In this document: in pieces, positions 42,755-51,825 of the stretch | Layout: each line of letters starts with the position of its first letter | How positions within the stretch are numbered: the stretch's first letter is position 1 | Assembly: GCA_964597975.1 (NCBI GenBank) | Contig: CAZRAA010000001.1 | Coordinates: 8,906-72,905, forward strand | Direction of reading: 5' to 3' | Source of the DNA: an uncultured Thermoleophilaceae bacterium | Lineage (GTDB): Bacteria > Actinomycetota > Thermoleophilia > Solirubrobacterales > JACPNS01 | Length of the DNA: 64,000 nucleotides | The notes under the pieces: model-generated | Databases searched by the model: none | What the model was told of the DNA's origin: nothing | The model's input: only the letters and a program-made list of their open reading frames with translations | Program-made: the position numbers and the translations under genes

Positions 42755-43477
42755 TCACAGCCCTGCCGGATAACGGAGCTTGAAGCCTTTCGTCGGCCGA
42801 TTGGTCGAGCGCCAGCGCGGACCCTTGCCACCCGGGGCGCCCCAGGGCGTGGTGTCAAATCGCAGGCCCGCAATCACCATGTAGACGTGTTTCTTGTTGG
42901 CGTAGATGCGGACCCAGTTACCCGCGCCGGCCGTGCCCCACTTGGCGAGGCTGCCGGAAGTGAGCGGAGCGCTGAGGTAGCCGGCGGCGTGCAGCACGTA
43001 GCTCACAGCGCCCGAGCAGTCGTAGCCGCGATCCGTCCACTTGCGGTGGCCACCGCCCCACTTGTACGGCTTGCGGACCAGCGAGTTGGCTGCCTTGATC
43101 ATCTGGCGGATCGGCCTCGGCGCCGACTTCGGCGCGACCGCCCGGCGGCTGCCCTTGCGCAGGCGGGCGAGCGCGCCCGGCGGCGGCGCGGGCCACTGAA
43201 TCACGTCTTCGCCCTCGGTGCCGTCGGCGCAGGTCTCTTCGAGCTCGCAGTCGTCGCCTGCTCCTTCGCCCTCGCTCCCGTCGTCCGGCTCAGTGCAGGC
43301 AGGATCATCGACCGCGTCGTAGTTCTGGCAGTTGTCAAAGTCTCCGGCCGCAAGTGTGTGGGTCGGCCCGGGCGCGAGCGGCGCAGCCGGCGCAGTTCGT
43401 GGCTGCGCAACGACGAAGAGCGCCGCGAGCAACGCGGCGATCAGGAGTCGGTGGAGCTGGCGGACGAAAGCGGCCAT
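42755..43477 (-). CDS. Secreted NlpC/P60 (C40)-like cell-wall hydrolase, paralog B, with an acidic Cys-containing linker
   Basis: Signal peptide 'LLIAALLAALFVVAQPRTAPA'. 'RKPYKWGGGHRKWTDRGYDCSGAVSYVL', 'HVYMVIAGLRFDTT', 'GPRWRSTNRPTKGFKLRYP'. Confidence 0.75.
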   Translation of the reverse strand: MAAFVRQLHRLLIAALLAALFVVAQPRTAPAAPLAPGPTHTLAAGDFDNCQNYDAVDDPACTEPDDGSEGEGAGDDCELEETCADGTEGEDVIQWPAPPPGALARLRKGSRRAVAPKSAPRPIRQMIKAANSLVRKPYKWGGGHRKWTDRGYDCSGAVSYVLHAAGYLSAPLTSGSLAKWGTAGAGNWVRIYANKKHVYMVIAGLRFDTTPWGAPGGKGPRWRSTNRPTKGFKLRYPAGL

Positions 43478-43556
43478 CAGTCAGGTTGTATCGGCCCAAT
43501 GCCGCGAGATCGACGAGTGCGGACGTTTGTCCAAGTCCGCCCGTCCATGCCGAGAA

Positions 43557-44501
43557 TTACGCCCCGGGACGCGGGAGCGACGAAGTGTCGACGACCTCGA
43601 AGTCGTGACCGGAGAGGCGGTGCAATGAGTGCAGGTCGTCGTTGTCCCAACGGCTGTCGGGCGCACCGGACACGTACCAGGGCGATCCGTTGTCGGCGAG
43701 CAGCATTCCGTACCTGCGCAGCGCCGTCAGCACCACGCGTGACTGCGGCGGGAAATCCGCGATCTCGACAGTGCTCTTCAGACGCAGCCGCAGCCCCATC
43801 GGCGGCAGATCGGAGTCGTCGCCAACGCCCGCGCGATGGCGAGCCGGATAGACATACGCGTTGCGAGTTCGCGGCGCCGTGAACCTCAGCGCGTGGTTGA
43901 TCGCGCCGCGCGCGACCTCGTCGTACCGCGCAAGACCCGGGAAGATCGGCAGGCCGGCGGCGTCGGCGCTGGTCCAGCCGACCGGGCGCAGTTTGTTCGA
44001 CTGCAGGCTCCAGACGGCACCGGACCCCGCCCTCCAGTTCCTCGAGGCCTTCTTGGGATAGGCGGCGTAGAGCTCGTAGAGCCGGCAGCGCGAGCGGTCG
44101 ACCATGATGATGTGGCGGTCTCCGCGGCCGTTGCGGCCGCCCTCGATCGGCGGGTTTTTCGGGATCGGGTAGCGCACGCGGTCGGACTCGTCGGCGTACT
44201 GGAAGCTGACCTTGCGCTTCTTCGTCTTGGCCGAGACAACGACGTAGGGGATGCCGATCGGCCCGCCCTCCCAGCTTCCGGATCCGAAGTCGGCGTGTGC
44301 GCTTTGCTCGCGCCCGATCGACTGCACGAGTTGCGCTGAGTTCGCTGCGACCGGGAGCGAGTCGACCCGTTGATTCCAGGCGTTGCCGCTTGGGAAGACC
44401 TTGCAGGACGTGCCCCGAACAGTCCCTTGCGCCAGCGCAGAGGCCGCGATCACGCCGGCAAGCACAAGGGCTGCGGCCGCTGCGATGTACTTCTGGCTCA
44501 C
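43557..44501 (-). CDS. Secreted conserved hypothetical protein, no family recognised
   Basis: GTG start in a GTGA overlap with the SGNH stop. Signal peptide 'MSQKYIAAAAALVLAGVIAASALAQG'. The rest of the protein is globular, e.g. 'GLPIFPGLARYDEV', 'HALRFTAPRTRNAYVYPARH', 'YGMLLADNGSPWYVSG'. Confidence 0.7.
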   Translation of the reverse strand: MSQKYIAAAAALVLAGVIAASALAQGTVRGTSCKVFPSGNAWNQRVDSLPVAANSAQLVQSIGREQSAHADFGSGSWEGGPIGIPYVVVSAKTKKRKVSFQYADESDRVRYPIPKNPPIEGGRNGRGDRHIIMVDRSRCRLYELYAAYPKKASRNWRAGSGAVWSLQSNKLRPVGWTSADAAGLPIFPGLARYDEVARGAINHALRFTAPRTRNAYVYPARHRAGVGDDSDLPPMGLRLRLKSTVEIADFPPQSRVVLTALRRYGMLLADNGSPWYVSGAPDSRWDNDDLHSLHRLSGHDFEVVDTSSLPRPGA

Positions 44502-45325
44502 GCCTTAGACGTTGCCAGATCCGGCGCTACAACGGGTGCCAGATCTGGACGCTTGGCTGAGACGCCGTCACCGCTGGAGACGCCCTTCAGCCTCCGGACT
44601 ATCCATGGGCGCAGGTGCTCCCAGACCCAGGCGGCCTCATCGAAGTACGCTCGCACGGCGGAGCGGTCTTCGACCGACTCAGCGGCGGCCTTCAAGGTGT
44701 TGAGCTGCTGCTCCGCCTGCGGCACTCCCAGCGCCTTGGCCGCGCCCAGCATCAGATACTCGTGTCCGACCGCGTTGGCATGCAGCCGATCCGGGCTCCA
44801 TCCCCGCGGGTCATAGACATCGAGCTCCTGGGCCATGTCGACCAAAGTGGCTCCGGTGCGACCGGCGATCTCGCGAATCGCCTGATTGAACGCCGCCATG
44901 CGATTCGAAACCAGCCGCGCAACGCGCATCGAAGTCGAGAGGTCCGGCAGCGTCATCACCAGCACCGTCGCGCCGCGCTCGCGCAGGCCAGCGGCGAGCG
45001 CCTCAAGATGGCCCGCCACCACGTCAAGATCGAACTTCGGGCGCAGCAGATCGTTGACGCCGCCGACGACACTCGCAAGATCCGGCTCCATGGCCAGCGC
45101 GGGTTCCAACTGCTGGTGATGGATCTGTCCGATCAAGCGACCTCGCACGGCGAGATTGGCGTACTCAATCTCGGGATTGATCTCGGCGAGTCGCTCGGCA
45201 AGGCGATCGGCCCAGCCGCGATAAACCTCCGAGCCGAGCGGGTGTCCGGGGTAGGGATCGTCGAGGCCCTCGGTGGTCGAATCGCCGAGCGCCACATACC
45301 TGCTGAACCGAGGCGGAGTGGTCAC
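44498..45325 (-). CDS. SGNH/GDSL-family hydrolase (no obvious signal peptide)
   Basis: Block I 'YVALGDSTTEG', block III 'GGVNDLL', block V 'SPDRLHANAVGH'. Confidence 0.85.
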   Translation of the reverse strand: MTTPPRFSRYVALGDSTTEGLDDPYPGHPLGSEVYRGWADRLAERLAEINPEIEYANLAVRGRLIGQIHHQQLEPALAMEPDLASVVGGVNDLLRPKFDLDVVAGHLEALAAGLRERGATVLVMTLPDLSTSMRVARLVSNRMAAFNQAIREIAGRTGATLVDMAQELDVYDPRGWSPDRLHANAVGHEYLMLGAAKALGVPQAEQQLNTLKAAAESVEDRSAVRAYFDEAAWVWEHLRPWIVRRLKGVSSGDGVSAKRPDLAPVVAPDLATSKA

Positions 45326-45344
45326 GCGAAAAGCTTATGAAGAT

Positions 45345-45791
45345 CTAGTTCTCGGCCTCGATCTGAGCCAGCTTCTCACGCCTGCGAATGTGGCGCTCCT
45401 CGTCAGACACTTCGGCGGCCAGGAATCTTCCGACAATCTCGGCTGCGAGCGCTGCCCCGACGACGCGAGCGCCGAGGCAGAGCACATTGACGCCGTCGTG
45501 CTCGACGGCCTGGTGGGCGGTGTACTCATCGTGGATCGTCGCCGCGCGGACGCCGTGAATCTTCGTGGCCGCCACCGAGACGCCGGCCCCGGAGCCGCAA
45601 ACCAGGATTCCCCGCTCGGCGACACCGCTGGCCACGGCCCTACCGACCTTGCGCGCTACGTCCGGGTAGTCGACCGGCTCGGGCGAGTGCACACCCATGT
45701 CGATCGGCTCGTGGCCGGCCTCCGTGACCGCTCCAAGCACGGCGTCGCGCAGCGGGAAGCCAGCGTGATCAAAGGCGCAGGCAATCTTCAT
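45345..45791 (-). CDS. rpiB: Ribose-5-phosphate isomerase B
   Basis: 'MKIACAFDHAGFPLRDAV', 'GILVCGSGAGVSVAATKIHGVRAA', 'NVLCLGARVVG'. Confidence 0.9.
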   Translation of the reverse strand: MKIACAFDHAGFPLRDAVLGAVTEAGHEPIDMGVHSPEPVDYPDVARKVGRAVASGVAERGILVCGSGAGVSVAATKIHGVRAATIHDEYTAHQAVEHDGVNVLCLGARVVGAALAAEIVGRFLAAEVSDEERHIRRREKLAQIEAEN

Positions 45792-45865
45792 GGCCAACAC
45801 GCTAACGGTTTCGATTGTCCGGCCGCCGGGTATGCGGCCCCATGGAAACTCGCAGAGGAGGATCG

Positions 45866-46003
45866 ATGACAGGGCTCATCTGGCTGATCGTCGTGATCGT
45901 GATCGGCGTACTACTTGCCCAGTTCGTGAACGCAGCCGTCGGCGGGATTGTCGGGCTGATTCTCGCGATTCTCGTGTTTCTACTGGTGATCCGCGAAGCC
46001 TGA
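45866..46003 (+). CDS. Candidate 45-aa hydrophobic small membrane protein
   Basis: ATG at 45866 is preceded by 'GAGGAGGATCG'. 'MTGLIWLIVVIVIGVLLAQFVNAAVGGIVGLILAILVFLLVIREA' gives two predicted TM segments. It lies in the pgl-rpiB gap on the opposite strand, and its 3' end overlaps the pgl stop by 24 nt. Confidence 0.45.
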   Translation: MTGLIWLIVVIVIGVLLAQFVNAAVGGIVGLILAILVFLLVIREA

Positions 46004-46669
46004 GCCGCCGGCCGCCGCAGCGTCGACGAGCACGCTCACGCGCCCACGTGCCTTGCGTGCAACGATGCCGGCGGGCGTCATCGCGTGCGCCACGCCAAAA
46101 GAATCACGGACCGGATCTGCCTTGTCGGCGCCGGCGGCAAGGAAGAGGATCTCCTTGGCCCGCACGAGCGCCGGCACAGTCAGGCTGACACGCGGCACGA
46201 ACGGTTCTAGACCGGCCTCGGGAACCGCGGTGACGAGCAGATTGCGCTGGGCGATCTCCGGCTTGCCGGGAAACAGCGACGCCGTGTGGCCGTCCGAACC
46301 GATGCCGAGCAGCAGCAGGTCGAACGGCTCGGCGTCGTGCTCGAAGATGTCTGCCGCGTACTGGTGGGCGGCCTCCTCGGGGGAGAGTTCTCCTGGTATC
46401 CGGAAGATTGCCGCCGGCGGAGTCTCGAGGCGATCCAGCAGAGCCTCCTTCGCCATCGCGAAGTTGCTGCGCGAGTCATCCGGCGGGACGCAGCGCTCAT
46501 CGCCGAACCAGACCTTCGCGGTCGACCAGTCAGCTGCGGAGGCGATCTCGTACGCCCGGCGCGGGGTTGAACCCCCGGAGAGAACCACCGACCCACCGCT
46601 CTCGGCGACCGTTGCGATCCGCTTTGCCGCCTCGGCGGCGACGTCTTCAACCACTGTCAACTCGGTCAT
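45980..46669 (-). CDS. pgl: 6-phosphogluconolactonase
   Basis: 'VVLSGGSTPRRAYE', 'WFGDERCVPPDDSRSNF', 'DLLLLGIGSDGHTASLFPG'. Confidence 0.9.
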   Translation of the reverse strand: MTELTVVEDVAAEAAKRIATVAESGGSVVLSGGSTPRRAYEIASAADWSTAKVWFGDERCVPPDDSRSNFAMAKEALLDRLETPPAAIFRIPGELSPEEAAHQYAADIFEHDAEPFDLLLLGIGSDGHTASLFPGKPEIAQRNLLVTAVPEAGLEPFVPRVSLTVPALVRAKEILFLAAGADKADPVRDSFGVAHAMTPAGIVARKARGRVSVLVDAAAAGGSGFADHQ

Positions 46670-46680
46670 CGACTACCGCC

Positions 46681-47778
46681 CTACCGCGCACCGGCGATCG
46701 TCGCCCGTCCGCCGAACGTGCACGCAGCCTCGAGCGCCGGCCGAAAGAGTTCGTCGGGGTAGAGCGCGTGCGTCACGCCATGGGCAAGAATTCCGTCTTC
46801 GCCGCGCGACGCGCCGATCATCGTCCAACCGTGCATCGTCCCATCGGGAAGCGTGCGGGCGGCGCGAAGACCGCCCGAGCCGCGGTTGAGTTCAAGCACC
46901 AGCCCGCCGGCCGTCTCGAGCGTCAATCCGGCGAGTCCCGGCACCGGCATCGTGTCGTCGTTGGAGAAGACGATCTCAACCTGCCCCGCCGGCCCGGTCG
47001 CGTATCCGCGTTTGTCGTCGTTGGCGTCGAGATCCATCACATGCGGCTGCCATTCGAGCCGCGAGGCGAGCCACCCGATGTAGAGCAGCGCTGCCATCGT
47101 CGACCCCGGGTGCATGCGCAGTTCCACACGGTTGATCGCATCCAGCTCGGGCCGCCAGACCGACGGATCGAAAGTCGCGGCGACGCGCTCGCGCCACGGC
47201 GTCGACCGTAGCCATGCAAGATCCGACACCTCGGCAAACTGCGATAGCTCCTGAGTGCGTGCTATCGCCTCGCGCCAGTCGGCGAAGTCCAACGAATCGA
47301 TCAGCACTGACGACGCCAGCCCGCGCAGCGAGTCGACGGCGTCGGGGTGTCCGTGCGGCGACCAGACGACCGTCCCGACTTCGGTCGCGAGCACCGGGTA
47401 GATGATCGTGTCGAGATGACCGAGATGCTGCGCACCGCACTCGATCTCGATGCGCTCGCGGAAGATCGTGTTGCCGCCCAGCGGCCCGGGCGAGTCATGC
47501 ACCAGCGTCGCCATCGCGTCGAGCTGCTGCTTGCCTTCCTCTACGACGATCAGAATCGTGCGCGCAGGGTTGTCACGACTGATGCGGTCCAGGCGATTCG
47601 AGATCTCGCCCTTCCATTCACGGTCGATCACGACCACGAGGTTGAGCACCCGCGCCGGCGCCTGCATCATCCCCTCGTTGTGGCGCTCATGCATCAGCCG
47701 CAGCAGCGCGGTTTCTATTTCTGCCGGCGAGGTGTCCTGGGCGCTCCAGACGCCCGGAGTGGTCAGAGGGATCGCCAC
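46681..47778 (-). CDS. opcA: Glucose-6-phosphate dehydrogenase assembly protein OpcA
   Basis: GTG at 47778 gives 'VAIPLTTPGVWSAQDTSPAEIETALLRL...ARVLNLVVVID', the typical OpcA N-terminus. Position between zwf and pgl fits. It overlaps the zwf stop by 16 nt. Confidence 0.8.
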   Translation of the reverse strand: MAIPLTTPGVWSAQDTSPAEIETALLRLMHERHNEGMMQAPARVLNLVVVIDREWKGEISNRLDRISRDNPARTILIVVEEGKQQLDAMATLVHDSPGPLGGNTIFRERIEIECGAQHLGHLDTIIYPVLATEVGTVVWSPHGHPDAVDSLRGLASSVLIDSLDFADWREAIARTQELSQFAEVSDLAWLRSTPWRERVAATFDPSVWRPELDAINRVELRMHPGSTMAALLYIGWLASRLEWQPHVMDLDANDDKRGYATGPAGQVEIVFSNDDTMPVPGLAGLTLETAGGLVLELNRGSGGLRAARTLPDGTMHGWTMIGASRGEDGILAHGVTHALYPDELFRPALEAACTFGGRATIAGAR

Positions 47779-49319
47779 TTGGCTCTTCCCTCGAGCAGAA
47801 GGTCGGCCGCCGCGGGGCCGCTGGAGCCCGCTGCATACGGCTCGGGCCGCGCAGGGTCGGCGGCCCAATACGCCAGCACCGGGTCGACAATCTCCCAGAG
47901 CGCCTCGACCTCGTCGACGCGCGTGAAGAGTGTCGCGTCGCCGCGCATCACATCGAGGATCAGCCGCTCGTAGGCTTCCGGCGACTCGCTCGTGAACGAC
48001 GTGCCGTATTGGAACTGCATGTTCACCGGGCGGATGCGCGTCTTGGCACCCGGGATCTTCGCCCCAAGCGAAATCGACACACCCTCGTTGGGCTGGATCG
48101 TGAAGACGAGCTCGTTCGGCGGCGGCGGAGCGCCGTGAATCTGGAACGCGAGGTGGGGAACCGGCTTCAGGCTGACCGCGATCTCCGTGACCTTGCGCGC
48201 CAGACGCTTGCCGGTGCGTAGATAGAACGGCACGCCGGCCCAGCGCCAGTTGCTGATCTCGAGTCTCAGGGCGGCGTAAGTCTCGGTCTTTGAGTCGTCA
48301 GCCACATCGGTCTCTTCGAGGTACCCGGGCACGTTGTCCGAGCCGATCGTGCCGGCCGTGTACTGACCGCGCACCGCCATCTGGGCGACCTCGGAGAAGA
48401 GCGGAGCGCGAACCGCGCGCAGCACCTTGGCCTTCTCGTCGCGGACCTTGTTGGCGGTCAGTGCGTTGGGCGGCTCCATGCAGAGCAGAGCCATCAGCTG
48501 GAGCATGTGGTTCTGAACCAGATCGCGCAGAGCTCCCGCGGTGTCGTAGTAGCTCGCCCGCGAGCCGATGCCGAGGTCTTCGCTTGCGGTGATCTGCACG
48601 TAATCGATGTAGTTCGAGTTCCAGATCGGCTCGAACATCGAGTTGGCGAATCGGAAGGCGAGAATGTTCTGCACCGTCTCCTTGCCGAGGTAGTGGTCGA
48701 TTCGGTAGACCTGGTCCTCGTCGAGCACGCTCAGGACGTCGCGATTAAGCGCACGGGCACTCTCAAGGTCGCGTCCGACCGGCTTCTCGATCACGACGCG
48801 GACCGCAGCGTCGTCGAGCTTGTCAAGCCCAGAAGCGCCGATCTGCTGGACAACCGTGGCGAAGAACTTCGGCGCGGTCGCCAGATAGAAGAGGTGTGAC
48901 ATCGGCTCGTCGGCCTTGTTGTCGAGCGCCTCGAGCAGCTCGCCGAGCTTCTCGAAATCGGCGACGGTGTCAAAGCTGCCGGTCAGATAATGCGTGCGAT
49001 GGAGCAGCGCGTCAAGCACCTCGGGCTTGGGCGCGCGACGCGAGTACTGATTGATCGCCTCGCCCATCATCTCGCGGAAGCTTTCGTCGGTGTAGTCCTC
49101 AAACGCGAACCCGACGAGGTTGAAGCGCTCAGGCAGAGCTCCCTCGTGAGCCAGGTTGTAGATCGCCGGCAGCAGCTTGCGGTGCGCCAAGTCGCCGGTC
49201 GCGCCGAAGATCACCATCGTCGTCGGATCAACCGGTGTGTGCTCGAGCCCGGCCGCGAGGGGATTTCCGATCGGGCCGCTCGTGGCGACGGTCTGCTGGA
49301 GCGCTGCCTCTGGCTCCAT
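47763..49319 (-). CDS. zwf: Glucose-6-phosphate 1-dehydrogenase
   Basis: 'MVIFGATGDLAHRKLLPA', 'YRIDHYLGKE', 'ASEDLGIGSRASYYD'. Confidence 0.95.
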   Translation of the reverse strand: MEPEAALQQTVATSGPIGNPLAAGLEHTPVDPTTMVIFGATGDLAHRKLLPAIYNLAHEGALPERFNLVGFAFEDYTDESFREMMGEAINQYSRRAPKPEVLDALLHRTHYLTGSFDTVADFEKLGELLEALDNKADEPMSHLFYLATAPKFFATVVQQIGASGLDKLDDAAVRVVIEKPVGRDLESARALNRDVLSVLDEDQVYRIDHYLGKETVQNILAFRFANSMFEPIWNSNYIDYVQITASEDLGIGSRASYYDTAGALRDLVQNHMLQLMALLCMEPPNALTANKVRDEKAKVLRAVRAPLFSEVAQMAVRGQYTAGTIGSDNVPGYLEETDVADDSKTETYAALRLEISNWRWAGVPFYLRTGKRLARKVTEIAVSLKPVPHLAFQIHGAPPPPNELVFTIQPNEGVSISLGAKIPGAKTRIRPVNMQFQYGTSFTSESPEAYERLILDVMRGDATLFTRVDEVEALWEIVDPVLAYWAADPARPEPYAAGSSGPAAADLLLEGRAKWRSL

Positions 49320-49322
49320 CGC

Positions 49323-50261
49323 TCAGCCCTTCCGCTCAACCGCGTGTCCGCCGAACTGCGCGCGCAGCGCGGCGTTGACCTTGTTGGCAAAGTCTGCGTG
49401 CGATTGGCTGGCGTAGCGCTCGAAGAGACTGAGCGCGATCACCGGCACCGGCACCCGTCGCTCGGTCGCATCCTCGACGGTCCAGCGGCCTTCACCAGAG
49501 TCGACGACGACCGGCTCGAGCTGATCAAGGTCATTGCCCTCCTGTTCAAACGCCAGCGCCGCCAGCTCGCACAGCCACGAGCGAACGACCGACCCCTGCA
49601 TCCAGAGGTGGGCGATCTTCGCGTTGTCGAGTTCGTACTCGCAGGCGTCGAAGAGGTTGAAGCCCTCCGCGTAGGCCTGCATCAGGCCGTACTCGACGCC
49701 GTTGTGGACCATCTTCACGTAGTGACCGCTGCCGACCGGGCCCATGTGACCCCAGCCCGGTCCGTGCTCCTCCGTGGTCGGCGGCGCGAGCACATCGAGA
49801 ATCGGCGAGAGGCGATCGACCGCGTCCTGCGGGCCGCCGACCATCATGCAGTAGCCGACCTCAAGACCCCAGACGCCGCCGCTCGTGCCGACGTCGACGT
49901 AGTTGATTCCGAGCGGTTCGAGCTTCGCCGCTCGGGCCTTGTCATCGCTCCAGCGGGAGTTGCCTCCGTCGATGATCGTGTCGCCGGAGTCGAGCAACGA
50001 ACTCAGCTTCTCGACTGTTTCGGTCGTGGGCTCGCCGGCCGGCACCATGATCCAAACCATCCGCGGCGGGGCGAGCTGGGCGACCAGTTCCTCAAGCGAT
50101 GCCGCTCCCTTAGCGCCCACGGAGACCGCTTGCTCGACGGCCTCGGCCGAAAAATCGAAGGCCACGACGTCGTGAGCGGAGTCGCGTTTGATGCGGTGCA
50201 CCATGTTGCCCCCCATCTTCCCCAACCCGACAAATCCGATCTGCGCGCTGTTGTCTGACAT
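49323..50261 (-). CDS. gnd: 6-phosphogluconate dehydrogenase, decarboxylating (short Gnd/YqeC type)
   Basis: 'IGFVGLGKMGGNMVHRI', 'IIDGGNS', 'GTSGGVWGLEVGYCMMVGG', 'GSGHYVKMVHNGVEYGLMQAYAEG'. Confidence 0.9.
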   Translation of the reverse strand: MSDNSAQIGFVGLGKMGGNMVHRIKRDSAHDVVAFDFSAEAVEQAVSVGAKGAASLEELVAQLAPPRMVWIMVPAGEPTTETVEKLSSLLDSGDTIIDGGNSRWSDDKARAAKLEPLGINYVDVGTSGGVWGLEVGYCMMVGGPQDAVDRLSPILDVLAPPTTEEHGPGWGHMGPVGSGHYVKMVHNGVEYGLMQAYAEGFNLFDACEYELDNAKIAHLWMQGSVVRSWLCELAALAFEQEGNDLDQLEPVVVDSGEGRWTVEDATERRVPVPVIALSLFERYASQSHADFANKVNAALRAQFGGHAVERKG

Positions 50262-50292
50262 CGGGTACCGCTCTCTTTCGTGTTGGCTTGTT

Positions 50293-51825
50293 CTAAGTCA
50301 GGTTGGAGACGAGCTCGCGAATCGCGGCGACCGGGTCACCGCGAAGTTCGAGCCGCACGACCGGCCTGCCGTGCGCCTTGAGCGCCTCGACGTCGCCGAT
50401 CGCCTGTGCGTGCTTGAGCGTCTTGAAGCTGAAGCGCTCGCCCGGGATCGGCACGTCTTCGGCCTCGTCGTGCTGCAGCTGGATGAAGCGCCCAGTCGGC
50501 GCGCCACCCTTGTGAAGCTGACCGGTCGAGTGCAGAAAGCGCGGGCCATACCCAAACGTCGTCGCAGCGCCGGTCTTTGCCCGAATCGCACGACGCAGGA
50601 CGTCAATCGCCTCGTCAAACGCGGGATCGGGGGCGAGGTAGGCCATCACTGCGAAGTAGGCGGGCGGCTCGCCACCGGCGATCAGTCGGTCAAGCTCGGC
50701 CGGATCGTCGAATGGCATAGCGACATCGCCAGACTCGAGGACGTGCTTGGTTGCGTCCTTCGCCTCCTGCACATTGGGCTGGTCAAAGGGGTTGATCGCG
50801 AGCACGTGGCCGATCACCGCCACGGCAAACTCAAAGAGAAACATCAGCCGGCCGAGATCATCCGGGCCGTCTGAGCTGAGCCTGAAGACCGGCTGACCGG
50901 CCGTCTCGAGCGCGTCCGCCACCGCGGCGTTGTCGCCGTCGGGTTGATCGCTCGATGCGATGTGGATGAAGATTCGGTCGTCGCCGTATTCGGATACGAG
51001 CTCCGGCGGCGCAAGCGGCTCCCCGGCCACCGGCAACACGCCACGACCCTGCTTCCCGGTCGACTCGGCGACCAACTGCTCGACCCAGAGCCCGAAGGAG
51101 TCAATCGGCGGATCGACAATGAACGTGAGCTTGTCGCGGCCGGCAAGTGCCAGCTCGCCGATCTTCTCGCCAAGCAGAAGACCGGGATTGCCTTCGATCT
51201 GCCTGCACGATTCGCCCGCGAGTACAGCGCGATCGAGCAGCCGGGCGAGCGGCACGCCGGCAAGTGCCGCCGGGACCAGACCGAAGTAGCTCAGCACGCT
51301 GTAGCGCCCGCCGATGTTCGGATCGGCCAGCCAGACACGGCGAAAGCCGTGTTCCTTGGCGAGCGACTCAAGCGGCGAGCCGGGGTCGGTCACGGCGCAG
51401 AACTGCGCGCCGTTGCCACCGGTGAGTTCAAAGAAGTGCTTGAAGTGACTTAGCGTTTCGATTGTCCCGCCGGACTTGCTCGATACGACAAAGATCGTTT
51501 TTGCGAGCTCCGACGCCGAGACTGCCGACAAGACCGCTGCAGGGTCCGTCGAATCCAGCATCGAAAGCGAGGCACCGAATGAACGGCTGAGCACCTCTGG
51601 ACCGAGCGACGAGCCGCCCATCCCGAGCAGCACGGTGTTGGTCAGGCCGTCAGCGTGGACCTCGGCGGCCCAGGCGTCAAGTTCCGGCAGCGCTGCATCC
51701 ATCCGGTCGGCGATATCGAGCCAGCCGAGCCGGTTGGCGATCTCGGGCACTCCCGGCCCGCCCCACAGCGTCTCATCGCGAGCCCAGACGCGCTCGGAAA
51801 TCGTGAGCGCGCCGCCGCCGGTCAC
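50293..51825 (-). CDS. pgi: Glucose-6-phosphate isomerase
   Basis: SIS/PGI blocks 'LLGMGGSSLGPEVL', 'FVVSSKSGGTIETLS' and 'GGRYSVLS'. GTGA overlap with the tal stop. Confidence 0.85.
   Translation of the reverse strand: MTGGGALTISERVWARDETLWGGPGVPEIANRLGWLDIADRMDAALPELDAWAAEVHADGLTNTVLLGMGGSSLGPEVLSRSFGASLSMLDSTDPAAVLSAVSASELAKTIFVVSSKSGGTIETLSHFKHFFELTGGNGAQFCAVTDPGSPLESLAKEHGFRRVWLADPNIGGRYSVLSYFGLVPAALAGVPLARLLDRAVLAGESCRQIEGNPGLLLGEKIGELALAGRDKLTFIVDPPIDSFGLWVEQLVAESTGKQGRGVLPVAGEPLAPPELVSEYGDDRIFIHIASSDQPDGDNAAVADALETAGQPVFRLSSDGPDDLGRLMFLFEFAVAVIGHVLAINPFDQPNVQEAKDATKHVLESGDVAMPFDDPAELDRLIAGGEPPAYFAVMAYLAPDPAFDEAIDVLRRAIRAKTGAATTFGYGPRFLHSTGQLHKGGAPTGRFIQLQHDEAEDVPIPGERFSFKTLKHAQAIGDVEALKAHGRPVVRLELRGDPVAAIRELVSNLT

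Noticed and set aside
47763-47778. The 16-nt zwf/opcA overlap as a sign of a frameshift or pseudogene
   Set aside because: Both reading frames are intact with full-length family-typical proteins. Short overlaps are frequent throughout this window (ATGA/GTGA junctions), so this is consistent with translational coupling.
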